Positions 1-10,307 of a stretch of DNA of 64,000 bases are shown in pieces. Positions within the stretch are counted from its first letter, which is position 1, and every line of letters begins with the position of its first letter. The position numbers were made by a program, and so were the translations under genes. The notes under the pieces are model-generated. The model worked only from the letters and a program-made list of their open reading frames with translations, searched no databases and was not told the origin of the DNA. The DNA is from a virus, in IMG/VR virus record IMGVR_UViG_3300023049_000574, positions 32,001 through 96,000 of that record, one strand, 5' to 3'.

Positions 1-98
1 ATATGTGGTTAAAAAATTATAAAGATTTTACTAATATATTAGATACGAATAATATTAATTGGGAAAAAGATAATGATAAAATAAAATTAAGTATATGA
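1..98 (+). CDS. 3' end of upstream ORF (partial)
   Basis: Open frame ...WLKNYKDFTNILDTNNINWEKDNDKIKLSI* whose TGA overlaps the ATG at 95 (ATGA coupling). Confidence 0.55.
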   Translation, partial: MWLKNYKDFTNILDTNNINWEKDNDKIKLSI

Positions 99-949
99 AA
101 ATAATAGCAGAAGTGGGATGTAACCATATGGGAAATATAGAGACCGCAAAGGAACTTATAGATATCGCATCAGATTTTTGTGAAGTAGATGTAGTTAAAT
201 TTCAAAAAAGGGATAATAAAGAATTATTAACTGAGGAACAATACAATTCTCCACACCCTGTGCCAAGTAATTCATATGGGGATACTTATGGTGAGCATAG
301 AGAATACCTAGAATTTAGCTTAGAACAACACAAGGATCTTAAAGAGTATTGTGAAGAAAAGGGAATAATTTATAGCACTTCTGTTTGGGACTTAACTAGT
401 GCTAAAGAAATAACATCTCTAAACCCACAACTAATAAAAATACCTTCAGCATGTAATAATAATTTTGAAATGTTATCTTGGTTATGTGATAACTATACAG
501 GAGAAATACATTGTTCTTTTGGGATGACTACAAAAGAAGAAGAACGTAATATTGTTGGACTATTTATGGAAAAGAAAAGAAACAAAGATTTAGTTATATA
601 TAGTTGTACTAGTGGCTACCCTGTAGATTTTGAAGATGTGTGTCTTTTAGAAATAACAAGACTTAAAGAAAATTATGGGAACTTTGTAAAAGAAATAGGT
701 TTTTCGGGACACCATTTAGGGATTGCAATTGATGTGGCAGCATTAACATTAGGTGCTAGTGTAATTGAAAGACATTTCACTAAAGACAGAACATGGAAAG
801 GAACTGATCATTCCGCAAGTTTAGAACCTGAAGGAATGAGAAGATTAAAGAGAAATATGGTTGCTACAGAGAAAAGTTTAACATATAAATCTAAGGATAT
901 ATTAAATATTGAAATACCACAAAGAGACAAATTAAAATATAAAAAATAA
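95..949 (+). CDS. neuB: N-acetylneuraminate/nonulosonate synthase (NeuB family), no C-terminal SAF domain
   Basis: IIAEVGCNHMG, VKFQKR, KIPSA, CTSGYP, GFSGH, IERHFT, GTDHSASLEP motifs. Confidence 0.95.
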   Translation: MKIIAEVGCNHMGNIETAKELIDIASDFCEVDVVKFQKRDNKELLTEEQYNSPHPVPSNSYGDTYGEHREYLEFSLEQHKDLKEYCEEKGIIYSTSVWDLTSAKEITSLNPQLIKIPSACNNNFEMLSWLCDNYTGEIHCSFGMTTKEEERNIVGLFMEKKRNKDLVIYSCTSGYPVDFEDVCLLEITRLKENYGNFVKEIGFSGHHLGIAIDVAALTLGASVIERHFTKDRTWKGTDHSASLEPEGMRRLKRNMVATEKSLTYKSKDILNIEIPQRDKLKYKK

Positions 950-950
950 T

Positions 951-1643
951 ATGGAATTGAGTGAGTTGATTATAAATAAAGAAATGGGGATCACTAAAGA
1001 AAACATTATGAATTCTTTAGTAAGAAATGGTATAGTGATATTAGAGGATTATTATACAAATGAAGAGGTGTCTAAAATGGAAGAAGAATTTAATTCTGTG
1101 TTTGAGAAACATGGTGATGTGGTTGATATATTGGATAAAGAAGATTGTTCAAAGGATGAAAGAATATTTCATGCAGAAAAGTTCTCTCCTTACTTGAAAC
1201 AGAGAATATCCGATGATAAATTGTTTGAAACAATAGTTACCGAATATACTAAAGTGAATAGAAGGAATAAAAAAGTTCTTTTGAATAAAGTTGAGTATAA
1301 AGAGGGTGAGGTTAGAAATAGTGGCGCAGGTTGGCACAGAGATAACCATGATTGTCAATTCAAAGTTATTGTTTATCTAAGTGATGTGAATGAAAGAAAT
1401 GGTAATTTTCAGTTTTTGACTAATTCTTCGAAGCACCATATAGGCTATCCCACACCTAGAACTACTTCTTATAATACTAGGTTCTCAGATGAGGTAGTAG
1501 AGGGTCTAATAAAAGACAATGTTGAATTAATTAACATCGTTGGTAAGAAAGGAACAGTCTTGTTAGCTAATACTATTTATATACATAGGGGTAATATCAT
1601 CCAAGAAGGTGATAGAAAAGCCATAACACAATATTATTTTTAA
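951..1643 (+). CDS. 2OG-Fe(II) dioxygenase (PhyH-like)
   Basis: GWHRD (HxD) ... IHRG ... R facial-triad pattern, VIVYLSDV, GTVLLANT. Confidence 0.8.
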   Translation: MELSELIINKEMGITKENIMNSLVRNGIVILEDYYTNEEVSKMEEEFNSVFEKHGDVVDILDKEDCSKDERIFHAEKFSPYLKQRISDDKLFETIVTEYTKVNRRNKKVLLNKVEYKEGEVRNSGAGWHRDNHDCQFKVIVYLSDVNERNGNFQFLTNSSKHHIGYPTPRTTSYNTRFSDEVVEGLIKDNVELINIVGKKGTVLLANTIYIHRGNIIQEGDRKAITQYYF

Positions 1644-1645
1644 AC

Positions 1646-2317
1646 ATGGAAAAGAAAAAAATCGATAATTATTACAGTGAAAATAAAGAAAGTCTTATTA
1701 ATTTTTACAATGAAATTGAGAATAAGATAGAGGGTAGGATTTGCCACTCTTCTGTTATCTTAATCAAGATCGTTTGTGATCTAAATAAGATAGAAAACTA
1801 TTTAGAAATAGGCGTACATAACGGGGGTTCAATGGGTCTCATAATAGGTGATGATAATGTGAAAAACCTATATGGGCTAGATCTATTTGAAGACATGTAT
1901 GATCAGAGTAAACATCTGAATAAAAGTAAATTTGATAAATATCAGTATTTCAAAAGAGATAATTTATCAATGGCTAAAACAATTAGAAACCTAGAAAAAA
2001 TCGATAACACTAAAAACCTAAATCTAATACAGGGTAATACATACTTTGACGAAACGGAAGAAAAATTACAAGAAGTATTGGGTAATAATAAATTGGATCT
2101 AATACATATTGATGGTGATCACACATTAGATGGTGTTTCTAATGATTTTAAACGTTATTTCAAATATTTAAACACGGGTGGGTTCTTAGTATTTGATGAT
2201 TATCATCATAGTATAATAAAAAAATATGTTGATTCTATTGGAGGTGATAATATATCAAAAATAGGTAGCTTTAAGTTTAATTCGGAAGCAGAACAATTTT
2301 TAATAAAGAAGGTATGA
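1646..2317 (+). CDS. Class I SAM-dependent methyltransferase (Methyltransf_24-like)
   Basis: YLEIGVHNGGS, LIHIDGDH, GGFLVFDDY. Confidence 0.85.
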   Translation: MEKKKIDNYYSENKESLINFYNEIENKIEGRICHSSVILIKIVCDLNKIENYLEIGVHNGGSMGLIIGDDNVKNLYGLDLFEDMYDQSKHLNKSKFDKYQYFKRDNLSMAKTIRNLEKIDNTKNLNLIQGNTYFDETEEKLQEVLGNNKLDLIHIDGDHTLDGVSNDFKRYFKYLNTGGFLVFDDYHHSIIKKYVDSIGGDNISKIGSFKFNSEAEQFLIKKV

Positions 2318-2970
2318 ACTATAAAGTAGATTTATCAAAGAAATGGGATTACGAAAACGGGTTTTATCTAACTTGTGACACAGGTAGAATAGGTAAGTTT
2401 TTGAATCACTTAGAAATATACAAACAGATTATCGACCTACCAGGTGATGTCATGGAATTTGGTGTGTACAAAGGAACTTCTTTTGTTAGATTAATTTCAT
2501 TCAGAGACCTATTAGAGAACAAAGATTCTAGAAAGGTGATAGGGTTTGATGCTTTTGGTAAATTTCCTGATCAGTTATCCATTGATAGTGATAAAGATTT
2601 TGTAGGTAGTTTCGAAAATGACGGTGGATACGGAATCAATAAAAGTGACTTAGAATCTTTACTTTTAGAAAAAGGCACATCCAATTTTGATTTAGTAGAA
2701 GGTGATATAAATGAAACTTTAATTAAGTATATAGAAGAGAATCCACAGTTGAAAATATCATTATTACACATAGACGTAGATGTTTATGAGCCGACTAAAA
2801 TTATACTAGAACACCTTTGGGATAGAATAGTACCGAAAGGAATATTAATGTTAGATGACTATGGGACAATTGAAGGTGAAACGAGAGCAGTTGATGAATT
2901 CTTCGAAGGACAAAACATTGAGATAAAAAAACCTAAACATTATCATATACCATCATATATAATTAAATAA
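2314..2970 (+). CDS. TylF/MycF/NovP-family sugar O-methyltransferase
   Basis: PGDVMEFGVYKG, GFDAFGKFP, LLHIDVDVYEPT, LDDY. Confidence 0.9.
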   Translation: MNYKVDLSKKWDYENGFYLTCDTGRIGKFLNHLEIYKQIIDLPGDVMEFGVYKGTSFVRLISFRDLLENKDSRKVIGFDAFGKFPDQLSIDSDKDFVGSFENDGGYGINKSDLESLLLEKGTSNFDLVEGDINETLIKYIEENPQLKISLLHIDVDVYEPTKIILEHLWDRIVPKGILMLDDYGTIEGETRAVDEFFEGQNIEIKKPKHYHIPSYIIK

Positions 2971-2980
2971 CAAATAAACC

Positions 2981-3634
2981 ATGAAGATATATGCATTCAT
3001 ACCATTAAGAAGCGGGAGTAAGGGAATCATAAAGAAGAATATAAAACATATGGCAGGTAAACCACTTGCGCAATGGGTAATAGATTCAGCCAATAAATCT
3101 TATTATGTTGATGAAACTTACATATCTACGGATTCAGATGAAATATCAGATCCTTTAAGCGAGTGTTATGTACATAAAAGGTCGGATATAAGTGCTACGG
3201 ATGAGGCATCATCCGAAATAGTGTTATTAGAATTCTGTGAAAATCTAGAAGATGATGACATAGTAGTATTTATACAAGCTACTTCACCATTACTCGAACC
3301 TTCTGAAATAGATGAAGGTATTGAAAGTATTATAAAGGGTGGATACGATTCTGCTATAAGTGTAGTTCGACAAAAAAGGTTTATTTGGGAAAATGGAAAT
3401 CCGATTAATTATAATTTAAACAATAGACCAAGGCGACAAGAATGGGATGGGTATTTAGTTGAGAATGGTGCATTTTATATAAGTAAGGTGAAGAATATTA
3501 AAGATTCTAAACTTAGAGTTTCTAGTAAAATATCAACAATTATTTGTAGTGAATATAGCTACTTTGAAATAGATGATATATCTGATTGGTATATATTAGA
3601 ATCGATAATAGAAAATAAGAATATAAAAAAATAA
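2981..3634 (+). CDS. neuA: CMP-N-acylneuraminate (nonulosonate) cytidylyltransferase
   Basis: IPLRSGSKGIIKKN, STDSDEI, QATSPL, RPRRQ, ENGAFY, EIDDISD. Confidence 0.93.
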   Translation: MKIYAFIPLRSGSKGIIKKNIKHMAGKPLAQWVIDSANKSYYVDETYISTDSDEISDPLSECYVHKRSDISATDEASSEIVLLEFCENLEDDDIVVFIQATSPLLEPSEIDEGIESIIKGGYDSAISVVRQKRFIWENGNPINYNLNNRPRRQEWDGYLVENGAFYISKVKNIKDSKLRVSSKISTIICSEYSYFEIDDISDWYILESIIENKNIKK

Positions 3635-3644
3635 AAGAAAGAAA

Positions 3645-4814
3645 ATGGCATTTATATTAAAAAACCCCACACAAGAAAACAAAGGCATTATTATGTTGAC
3701 TCATAAAGAGACCAATCTTAATAACTTATTAAAAAAATACAGAAGTAGATATTTAATAGGTGTCCATGTAGGTTGGGATTTATCAAACAATAGTAACTCA
3801 GTTATGTCATTTAAGCCTGACTTTGTATTATCCTCTTTTAGTCATTTAGGACATAATGTTCCTAGAGATATAGTAATAGAATTAAATGCTAGGAACTTCT
3901 TACCTAATCACTTTAATTTCGAAAATAAAGATAAAAACCAATTATTAGAATCGATAATTAAATTAAACGAAGCCTCAGACCCTCAAATAGCTAAAAGGAT
4001 TATAGATAAGGTTAATGTTACTGAGGATGCGAATGTTTGGGATATTATATGGGTAAATAGACCAACAATTAACAAACAAATAAAAAGCTTTTTAGATAAT
4101 TTAAAAAGGTTATTTGAAGTTTATGGTATGTATGAAACATTAATAGTATGCGGTTACACAAAAGCAGAGAAAGAAGATATTAATCATAAATCTTATTTTG
4201 ATGTAGAAACATATATTAATAAAATATTTACAGAAAAAGAAAGAGAATATATCTCTTTATCTCGACCTTGGGCGGGAGAAGGATGCTTAGGTATTTCTAC
4301 ATATTATATAGCTCCCCTATATCATTGGTCAAAGGTTTACACATTTTATTCGGGGGTAGAGGGAGATGCTAGATCTTTACATGAAGCATTGTGTGGTAAA
4401 TGTAAGGTAATATATTATAAAAATTTAAAAGGCGCAGGTAAAGATTATTTAGATAAAGATAACTCACTGTATTTTGAAAACTACAGCGAATCATATAAAA
4501 CATTATACAACGCTATACAAGATGATAAAGAATTCGATCTAGATTTTATAAATAGTAAATGCTTCCAATCCAATTCTTTTAAAGTATTAAAAGATGAATT
4601 AGTAAAAATATATAAAAAGAATGGAGAAGATTTTGATGGTATTTTAAACGAAGAATACTCTTTAAACTTGGAATTAGCAGCACATAATGAAAAAACCGCA
4701 CCTTGGAAAGACCCTAGTAAAGTAACAGCAGATCTAATCCCTAAAAACTTCGATAAATTTGTTAAACATTCTACCATACTAATGGATGGTGATGGTAACG
4801 AAATAATTTTTTAA
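3645..4814 (+). CDS. Putative GT-B fold glycosyltransferase
   Basis: C-terminal SGVEGDARSLHEALC resembles the GT4 EG..E motif; located in sugar cluster. Confidence 0.5.
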   Translation: MAFILKNPTQENKGIIMLTHKETNLNNLLKKYRSRYLIGVHVGWDLSNNSNSVMSFKPDFVLSSFSHLGHNVPRDIVIELNARNFLPNHFNFENKDKNQLLESIIKLNEASDPQIAKRIIDKVNVTEDANVWDIIWVNRPTINKQIKSFLDNLKRLFEVYGMYETLIVCGYTKAEKEDINHKSYFDVETYINKIFTEKEREYISLSRPWAGEGCLGISTYYIAPLYHWSKVYTFYSGVEGDARSLHEALCGKCKVIYYKNLKGAGKDYLDKDNSLYFENYSESYKTLYNAIQDDKEFDLDFINSKCFQSNSFKVLKDELVKIYKKNGEDFDGILNEEYSLNLELAAHNEKTAPWKDPSKVTADLIPKNFDKFVKHSTILMDGDGNEIIF

Positions 4815-4816
4815 TA

Positions 4817-5926
4817 TCAACTATATTCTTTTATTAATGGATCTAGTTCATAAATACTACTTAATTTTCCCGAAAATATACTTATAAAAAAGGTATCGTT
4901 TTTGTTTTGATTAATATCAATTGATACTAATCTACTATCATCGATTTCCGAATTAGAATCTAAAACTTTTATAGTATAAATAGATTTTAGATAATTGATA
5001 TCGACATCTATAAAATTATTAACAACTCCCAACATTTTATCATAATTACTTTTTGGTACAAAAGGACAATTATTACAATTATCTAGTTGTAATATATCAC
5101 ACTTATCACTCTTTATCTGACAGGGCATATTAGGATATTTATCATACACCGAGTAGTGTGGTGTATATTCTACGGAAGATAGTGAGTAAGTATTTTGTAA
5201 ACCAAATGGCATCAATGAAAAAAACAACCCATCCATTACAGTTAACCCATAGTTCCCTAGATCTATTGGTGGGTCACATATTACCATCTCACATAACTGA
5301 TATTTAGTGGAAAATTCTTCAAAATTAAATAATTTCTTTATTTGGTTAATACTACTATATGTTGTATTAAAAACACCTCTACATGATATAGTATCACCAT
5401 TATTTAATTTAATTTTATAAATATCTGATTTTTCTTCTACTTGTGTTATATATGTGTTATATGAAAAGTTAGTATTATTATCTTTTAGTAATTTTTGTTT
5501 GATTATAGATACATCCATTGAACACTCTTTAACTAGATATTCATCTGTTATACTACCAGGTTTAAAAATACCACTATCTACCTTTGTGTAAGGAATTGAT
5601 ATATCGTCACAGAAGTATTCAAATTGCTCTGAGTCTATTTTACTGCCCTCTGTGGATATAGAGTATATGTGATCAAAACTATCATTTATAGAGTCTTTAA
5701 AATCATTTATGAATTTATCATAATAATTAGCTGAAAGTTCTGCTGTTTCTTTACTTCTCGGATAATGGTATCCATTGTGTAACCTTGCTTGGTTTACATA
5801 TGTTGATCTAGTAAATAAATCATTATCTATCTCTATTAACAAAACTTTCTTATCTTTAGATAAATATTTAGATAGATATAAACCATATATACCCCCACCT
5901 ATTATCAAATAATCATACTCTTTCAT
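4817..5926 (-). CDS. FAD-dependent oxidoreductase (DAO-like)
   Basis: N-terminal IIGGGIYG Rossmann motif, NQARLHNGYHYPRS. Confidence 0.85.
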   Translation of the reverse strand: MKEYDYLIIGGGIYGLYLSKYLSKDKKVLLIEIDNDLFTRSTYVNQARLHNGYHYPRSKETAELSANYYDKFINDFKDSINDSFDHIYSISTEGSKIDSEQFEYFCDDISIPYTKVDSGIFKPGSITDEYLVKECSMDVSIIKQKLLKDNNTNFSYNTYITQVEEKSDIYKIKLNNGDTISCRGVFNTTYSSINQIKKLFNFEEFSTKYQLCEMVICDPPIDLGNYGLTVMDGLFFSLMPFGLQNTYSLSSVEYTPHYSVYDKYPNMPCQIKSDKCDILQLDNCNNCPFVPKSNYDKMLGVVNNFIDVDINYLKSIYTIKVLDSNSEIDDSRLVSIDINQNKNDTFFISIFSGKLSSIYELDPLIKEYS

Positions 5927-6761
5927 CCAAGTCTTCTATAAATTTTGTTATCTTTAAAGAAACATTTTTACTGATGTCATCTTTATTTAACCTATTAAAC
6001 ATATAATTGATATTATCACATACTTTGTTTATATAAACATTCTCCTTATTTATTAAAAGTTCACCACTCAGTTCATCCCATATTATATGATTATTATCAG
6101 TTTTAATACGTATAACTCTTTTTTTATTGGTATTATATTTAGATACTATTTTCACCTTATTACTTCTTAAAAAACAGCTTTCAAATTTTTTGTGTTCTAT
6201 ATTTATATTTGATAGATTATCTACGTTAAATAAATAATCATAGATATACAAATCGTGATACATTAAATTCCCTATTATAGAACTATCGAATGTCGAGCAT
6301 TGACCGTTATATCTATATGCTTGATATTCTAACAGAATATCATTTTTTATAATATCTTTAATGTAATTTATTTCAGGGCAGAAAGTATAGATGTGATCAA
6401 CATATAATTTTCTATTCGATTCTTTTGACAATTGTACCATTTCATATACTTGATCATATGTTAAGCACATTGGTTTTTCGACAAAAACATCCTTTCCATT
6501 TATTAAAAATTCTTTAATATATTTATAATGATACTTAGTTTGGGTAGTTATAATAACTAAATCGATATTATCGGAGTTCAACAAATCTGTATATTCTGTC
6601 GAATAGGTACAATTATCTATTTTATCTACATCATTTAATCTTGATATCTTTCCTTCTCTGCCAATAACATATTTAATAGAATAATTATCATTGCCTTTTA
6701 AGGAGTTATGTATAATATTACCCCAATAACCAAATCCTAGTATTCCGATATTTTTCTTCAT
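5913..6761 (-). CDS. Gfo/Idh/MocA NAD(P)-dependent sugar oxidoreductase
   Basis: GILGFGYWG, VFVEKPM, HDL. Confidence 0.88.
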   Translation of the reverse strand: MKKNIGILGFGYWGNIIHNSLKGNDNYSIKYVIGREGKISRLNDVDKIDNCTYSTEYTDLLNSDNIDLVIITTQTKYHYKYIKEFLINGKDVFVEKPMCLTYDQVYEMVQLSKESNRKLYVDHIYTFCPEINYIKDIIKNDILLEYQAYRYNGQCSTFDSSIIGNLMYHDLYIYDYLFNVDNLSNINIEHKKFESCFLRSNKVKIVSKYNTNKKRVIRIKTDNNHIIWDELSGELLINKENVYINKVCDNINYMFNRLNKDDISKNVSLKITKFIEDLDERV

Positions 6762-6804
6762 ATTTTAAACTTTTATATATATATGATATATAAAAAGGGA
6801 ACTA

Positions 6805-7131
6805 ATGTTTAAAATTATGACGATTTATATAGATATAGATCATACTATTTGTATGACAGATGGTATGAAATATGAAGCAGCAGCACCCATCCCTGAGGCA
6901 ATTAAAAAAGCAAATAGTTTATATGATGAGGGTCATACTATTGTTTATTGGACAGCAAGGGGAACAATGTCAGGTATCGATTGGGTAAAGGTTACAAAAA
7001 AGCAATTTAAAGAGTGGGGTGTTAAATACCATGAGTTAAAAATGGGTAAACCCGCATTTGATTTATTTATAGATGATAAGAATATGAATAGCCAAAATTG
7101 GTGGAATCTAATCGATAATATATTAAAATAA
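6805..7131 (+). CDS. Small HAD-family phosphatase (capsule-biosynthesis type)
   Basis: IDIDHTI, WTARG, GKP..D.FIDDK. Confidence 0.85.
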   Translation: MFKIMTIYIDIDHTICMTDGMKYEAAAPIPEAIKKANSLYDEGHTIVYWTARGTMSGIDWVKVTKKQFKEWGVKYHELKMGKPAFDLFIDDKNMNSQNWWNLIDNILK

Positions 7132-7136
7132 TTTCT

Positions 7137-7144
7137 TATATTTG
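7137..7144 (+). promoter_or_regulatory. Bacteroidota-type -7 promoter element TAnnTTTG
   Basis: TATATTTG in intergenic gap; same motif at 17726-17733(-), 33277, 38505, 40545, 46426-46433(-), 56599, 62260, each upstream of a gene start. Confidence 0.6.
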
Positions 7145-7145
7145 T

Positions 7146-7364
7146 ATGGTGGAATGGATAAAGATAGATATAAATCATAAAGACGTTAAAACGGGTCAAA
7201 AAGTAATTGGTGCGTTTCAACACTTCTATACGAAGAATTATCGTTATCACGAAGTCAAGAAAGCAGATGAAGACGATTGTACTTTTAGAACAGTAGATGA
7301 TAATAGTGAAGTGTCCTATGATTGGACTCTTACGCATTACATTATTCCCGAAACACCCCAATAA
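7146..7364 (+). CDS. Hypothetical protein
   Basis: ORF after host-type promoter. Confidence 0.65.
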   Translation: MVEWIKIDINHKDVKTGQKVIGAFQHFYTKNYRYHEVKKADEDDCTFRTVDDNSEVSYDWTLTHYIIPETPQ

Positions 7365-7367
7365 GCC

Positions 7368-7553
7368 ATGAAAAAAATGTTAGTAGAAATTGAAGTATAC
7401 TCAGTTGAAGATTTGAGTGAGGGTGCTGTAAACAAAGGTAGTTATATTGAATATAAAGATGAAATCTATAAATTCGATGGCTATGATTTTGGTACATACC
7501 CCATGGCGACCAACATTAAAACAGAGGAACAGATACAACTTCCTCACTATTAA
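7368..7553 (+). CDS. Hypothetical protein
   Basis: Tightly packed ORF in operon. Confidence 0.6.
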   Translation: MKKMLVEIEVYSVEDLSEGAVNKGSYIEYKDEIYKFDGYDFGTYPMATNIKTEEQIQLPHY

Positions 7554-7558
7554 ATAAC

Positions 7559-8560
7559 ATGAACGAATTATTCATAAATAAAAAAGTTTGGAAAGAGTTT
7601 AGTGAAGAAGAACTCGAAGATTATATTAATAAAGTTTTCAACTATTATAAGGAAAGAGGATTCCCATATTTCGAATTGAGTGAGGAAGCAATATTAAAAG
7701 TCTTTGAAAAAATGAAAATCTTAGATACTTCTACGTTAGATCTAGAAGATGATTGCATTAAACAAATAATGATTGGGTTGAATGTAGTTAATTATTATAT
7801 GCCACATATCTTTGAAACTCGTTCGGGTAAATTTAAGACACCTTTAGAATGTTTCAACGATGATGAGATGCTTCTCAAAGCTATTAACAAAAGAATTAGT
7901 TTTGGTGATAATATATCTGATTCGGCTATGAGAAAAGCACTTAGTTGGACACATGGTACACATAGAGTATCTAACTTTAGACCATCTGTTGCTAAATTCA
8001 TTTATGATAAATACGCAGGAGAAGGAACTGTATTAGATTTCAGTTGTGGATTCGGTGGTAGGTTGTTTGGCGCACTTTCATCTGATAAGATTAAGAAATA
8101 TATTGGAACTGATCCTAATACTAAGACACATAAGTATTTACTAAAAATGGAAAAGGATCTAAGTCCATATCATGATAAATACGTAGAGATACATGATAAA
8201 CCGATAGAAGATCTTGACTTTGAAGTTAAGTTTGATCTATCTTTTTCATCTCCTCCCTATTTTGACACAGAACAGTATAGCCATGAGGACACACAAAGCT
8301 TTATTAGATATAAAAGCAAGGAAGAATGGCGTGATGGTTTTCTAAGACAACTGATCGAAAAAAACTATGATTGGGTCAAAAAAGGTGGTTACTTTATAAT
8401 TAATATAGCCAATGTTAAGAATTATAAAGACCTAGAAACAGATACCGTAGAAATAGCTAAATCTGTTGGCTTTAATCTAGAAAGGACTCATAAGATGTTA
8501 TTATCATCATTAATGAGTGGTGGTTATAAATTTGAACCCATATTTGTATTTAAGAAGTAA
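7559..8560 (+). CDS. DNA methyltransferase (amino-methylase, SPPY type)
   Basis: NFRPSVAK, LDFSCGFGGRL (SAM binding), FSSPPYF. Confidence 0.85.
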   Translation: MNELFINKKVWKEFSEEELEDYINKVFNYYKERGFPYFELSEEAILKVFEKMKILDTSTLDLEDDCIKQIMIGLNVVNYYMPHIFETRSGKFKTPLECFNDDEMLLKAINKRISFGDNISDSAMRKALSWTHGTHRVSNFRPSVAKFIYDKYAGEGTVLDFSCGFGGRLFGALSSDKIKKYIGTDPNTKTHKYLLKMEKDLSPYHDKYVEIHDKPIEDLDFEVKFDLSFSSPPYFDTEQYSHEDTQSFIRYKSKEEWRDGFLRQLIEKNYDWVKKGGYFIINIANVKNYKDLETDTVEIAKSVGFNLERTHKMLLSSLMSGGYKFEPIFVFKK

Positions 8561-8850
8561 TGTATACTGAATCAGAAATAAAATTATATGTTAAACGGGT
8601 AATATTAAACGATGTTATACCACTAAGTGATATAGTAGTTGATGTCAATAATGATTGTAATTACTTTACTTGGAAACGGCTTTTTGGATACGAATATAAA
8701 GATAAAACAAGAAGTTATAGTGATCCATTACCTAGTAACGGAAAGGGGTCATTTCGTAGTATTTCGGACTCAGGATTCGATAAATTCCTAATTATTTCGA
8801 AAAGAAGCCTCTATATTAACTCAATGTTAAGAAATATCGAAGAAAGTTAA
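8560..8850 (+). CDS. Hypothetical protein (degenerate C-terminal tag KRSLYINSML)
   Basis: TAATG overlap with upstream gene. Confidence 0.6.
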   Translation: MYTESEIKLYVKRVILNDVIPLSDIVVDVNNDCNYFTWKRLFGYEYKDKTRSYSDPLPSNGKGSFRSISDSGFDKFLIISKRSLYINSMLRNIEES

Positions 8851-8912
8851 GAAATTGTTAAACTTTCGGTATATTTTTTAATATATAATATAGAGAAAAA
8901 TATACAATAATT

Positions 8913-9203
8913 ATGAAAAATTTAATAATAATACTAGTGATGTTTATGATGGCTTCTTGTTCTATTATGAACTCAACGTCAGTTAACCAAGAAATATCAA
9001 ATGACGGAAACGATATTTATCACAAAGGAAAGAAGGTTGCTTATATAGAGAATATATCTTATGTGTACCACAAAGGAAAAAAAACAGTTGGGATTAACAT
9101 TATACAATACCAACCAGGTTTTAATGATGATACAGATTTGATCGTAGAATATGTTGCGAATAAACACCCCAAAGCAAAGGTTGAAATAACTGCTTTGAAA
9201 TAA
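8913..9203 (+). CDS. Putative lipoprotein
   Basis: MKNLIIILVMFMMASC signal peptide with lipobox-like Cys. Confidence 0.6.
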   Translation: MKNLIIILVMFMMASCSIMNSTSVNQEISNDGNDIYHKGKKVAYIENISYVYHKGKKTVGINIIQYQPGFNDDTDLIVEYVANKHPKAKVEITALK

Positions 9204-9224
9204 GAAAAAATGAACTTTACTTCT

Positions 9225-9233
9225 TAATATATA
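9225..9233 (+). promoter_or_regulatory. Recurrent phage motif TAATATATA (putative late promoter)
   Basis: Found 4 nt before start codons at 9238, 11935, 14036(-), 17218(-), 20783, 23320(-), 23885(-), 37569, 38079, 43347, 44147(-), 58601, 60809, 63743(-), and further upstream of several other genes. Confidence 0.75.
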
Positions 9234-9237
9234 GTGT

Positions 9238-9660
9238 ATGAGAATACAAAAATTTAACGAATTAAACAGCAGCCCTGAAGCAGCTTTAGTAAAAGGTAAA
9301 AAATTTGAACCTGATTTTGCTAAGATAAAATCTACTTTTAATGAAATATTAGAAGATAATCATATCGATCTAGTTAAACTAGAAGGTTTGAAAAAAATAG
9401 TAAAAACCGAGCATAAAAGAGCAGAGGCTATACATTCTGTATTAAAAACAGAAATAAATAAGATCCATGATGAGTATAAGAAAAACCCAACAGATGATGA
9501 AGAATCTGAAAAATTAGTTGGTGATCTAGAAAATACTGAGATGGATATCTATGAACAAATAGATAAACTAGAAGATTACTTAGAAATACTTGAAGAATTA
9601 TCGGAGGTAGTAGACCAAGAAAATGATCTTGTTACAAGCTTAAGGAAGTTTAAATTTTAA
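9238..9660 (+). CDS. Coiled-coil protein with N-terminal CTS-like peptide (MRIQKFNELN)
   Basis: N-terminal motif, upstream TAATATATA. Confidence 0.7.
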   Translation: MRIQKFNELNSSPEAALVKGKKFEPDFAKIKSTFNEILEDNHIDLVKLEGLKKIVKTEHKRAEAIHSVLKTEINKIHDEYKKNPTDDEESEKLVGDLENTEMDIYEQIDKLEDYLEILEELSEVVDQENDLVTSLRKFKF

Positions 9661-9917
9661 TCACCACAATCCTCTGAGTACTTTTTACTTATACTTTCTA
9701 ATAAATGATCTACATCATAGACCATGTATTGGTTAGTTGTGTCTGATTCAGATACTATTTCTTTTTCCAATTCCAAGAAATACTTTAAATTTAGGTCTTC
9801 TGCTAATTGATTGGCTTCTTCAACATTGTTGAAATTTCCCATAACATATTTACTGATGTTACCTACATCATAGTTTTTATGTATTATGACAAATGTTTTT
9901 GATAAGTTTGTTTCCAT
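9657..9917 (-). CDS. Hypothetical protein
   Basis: ORF with upstream TAATATATA on minus strand. Confidence 0.6.
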   Translation of the reverse strand: METNLSKTFVIIHKNYDVGNISKYVMGNFNNVEEANQLAEDLNLKYFLELEKEIVSESDTTNQYMVYDVDHLLESISKKYSEDCGD

Positions 9918-9968
9918 AGTTAAACATTTTTGCTTAATTTTATATATTAATTAAACGAACGGTAAAAA

Positions 9969-10307
9969 ATGGAATTAGATAAAGATAAAAATGGTAATAT
10001 TATACTCAGAAAAGTATACAATGGTGTAGGTTTTGAAACAGAAGGTGGTGAAAAATTGTCTGTCTGTATGAGAGATTCGGGTTATGAATTCACTTATAAT
10101 GATATTACCTACGAAGCCAAAGATGGTGAGATATCATTGCTAGGTAGCGACGAAGACATCTTAATGGGCATCTTAGAACGAAAGTTAAAAGGCGTTATGG
10201 ATAACCCTAAAGTAGAAAAGAAAGTAAATGAATTTAAAGAAAAACTTGTTAAAGAAGGGGTAGATACTATCTTTAATACGTTCCTAAAAAAGAAAAAGAA
10301 AACATGA
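9969..10307 (+). CDS. Hypothetical protein
   Basis: First gene of operon with radical SAM. Confidence 0.65.
   Translation: MELDKDKNGNIILRKVYNGVGFETEGGEKLSVCMRDSGYEFTYNDITYEAKDGEISLLGSDEDILMGILERKLKGVMDNPKVEKKVNEFKEKLVKEGVDTIFNTFLKKKKKT

Noticed and set aside
6774-6792. (TA)n run as a microsatellite or phase-variation tract
   Set aside because: Better explained as overlapping divergent ATATATA promoter motifs between 6761(-) and 6805(+).
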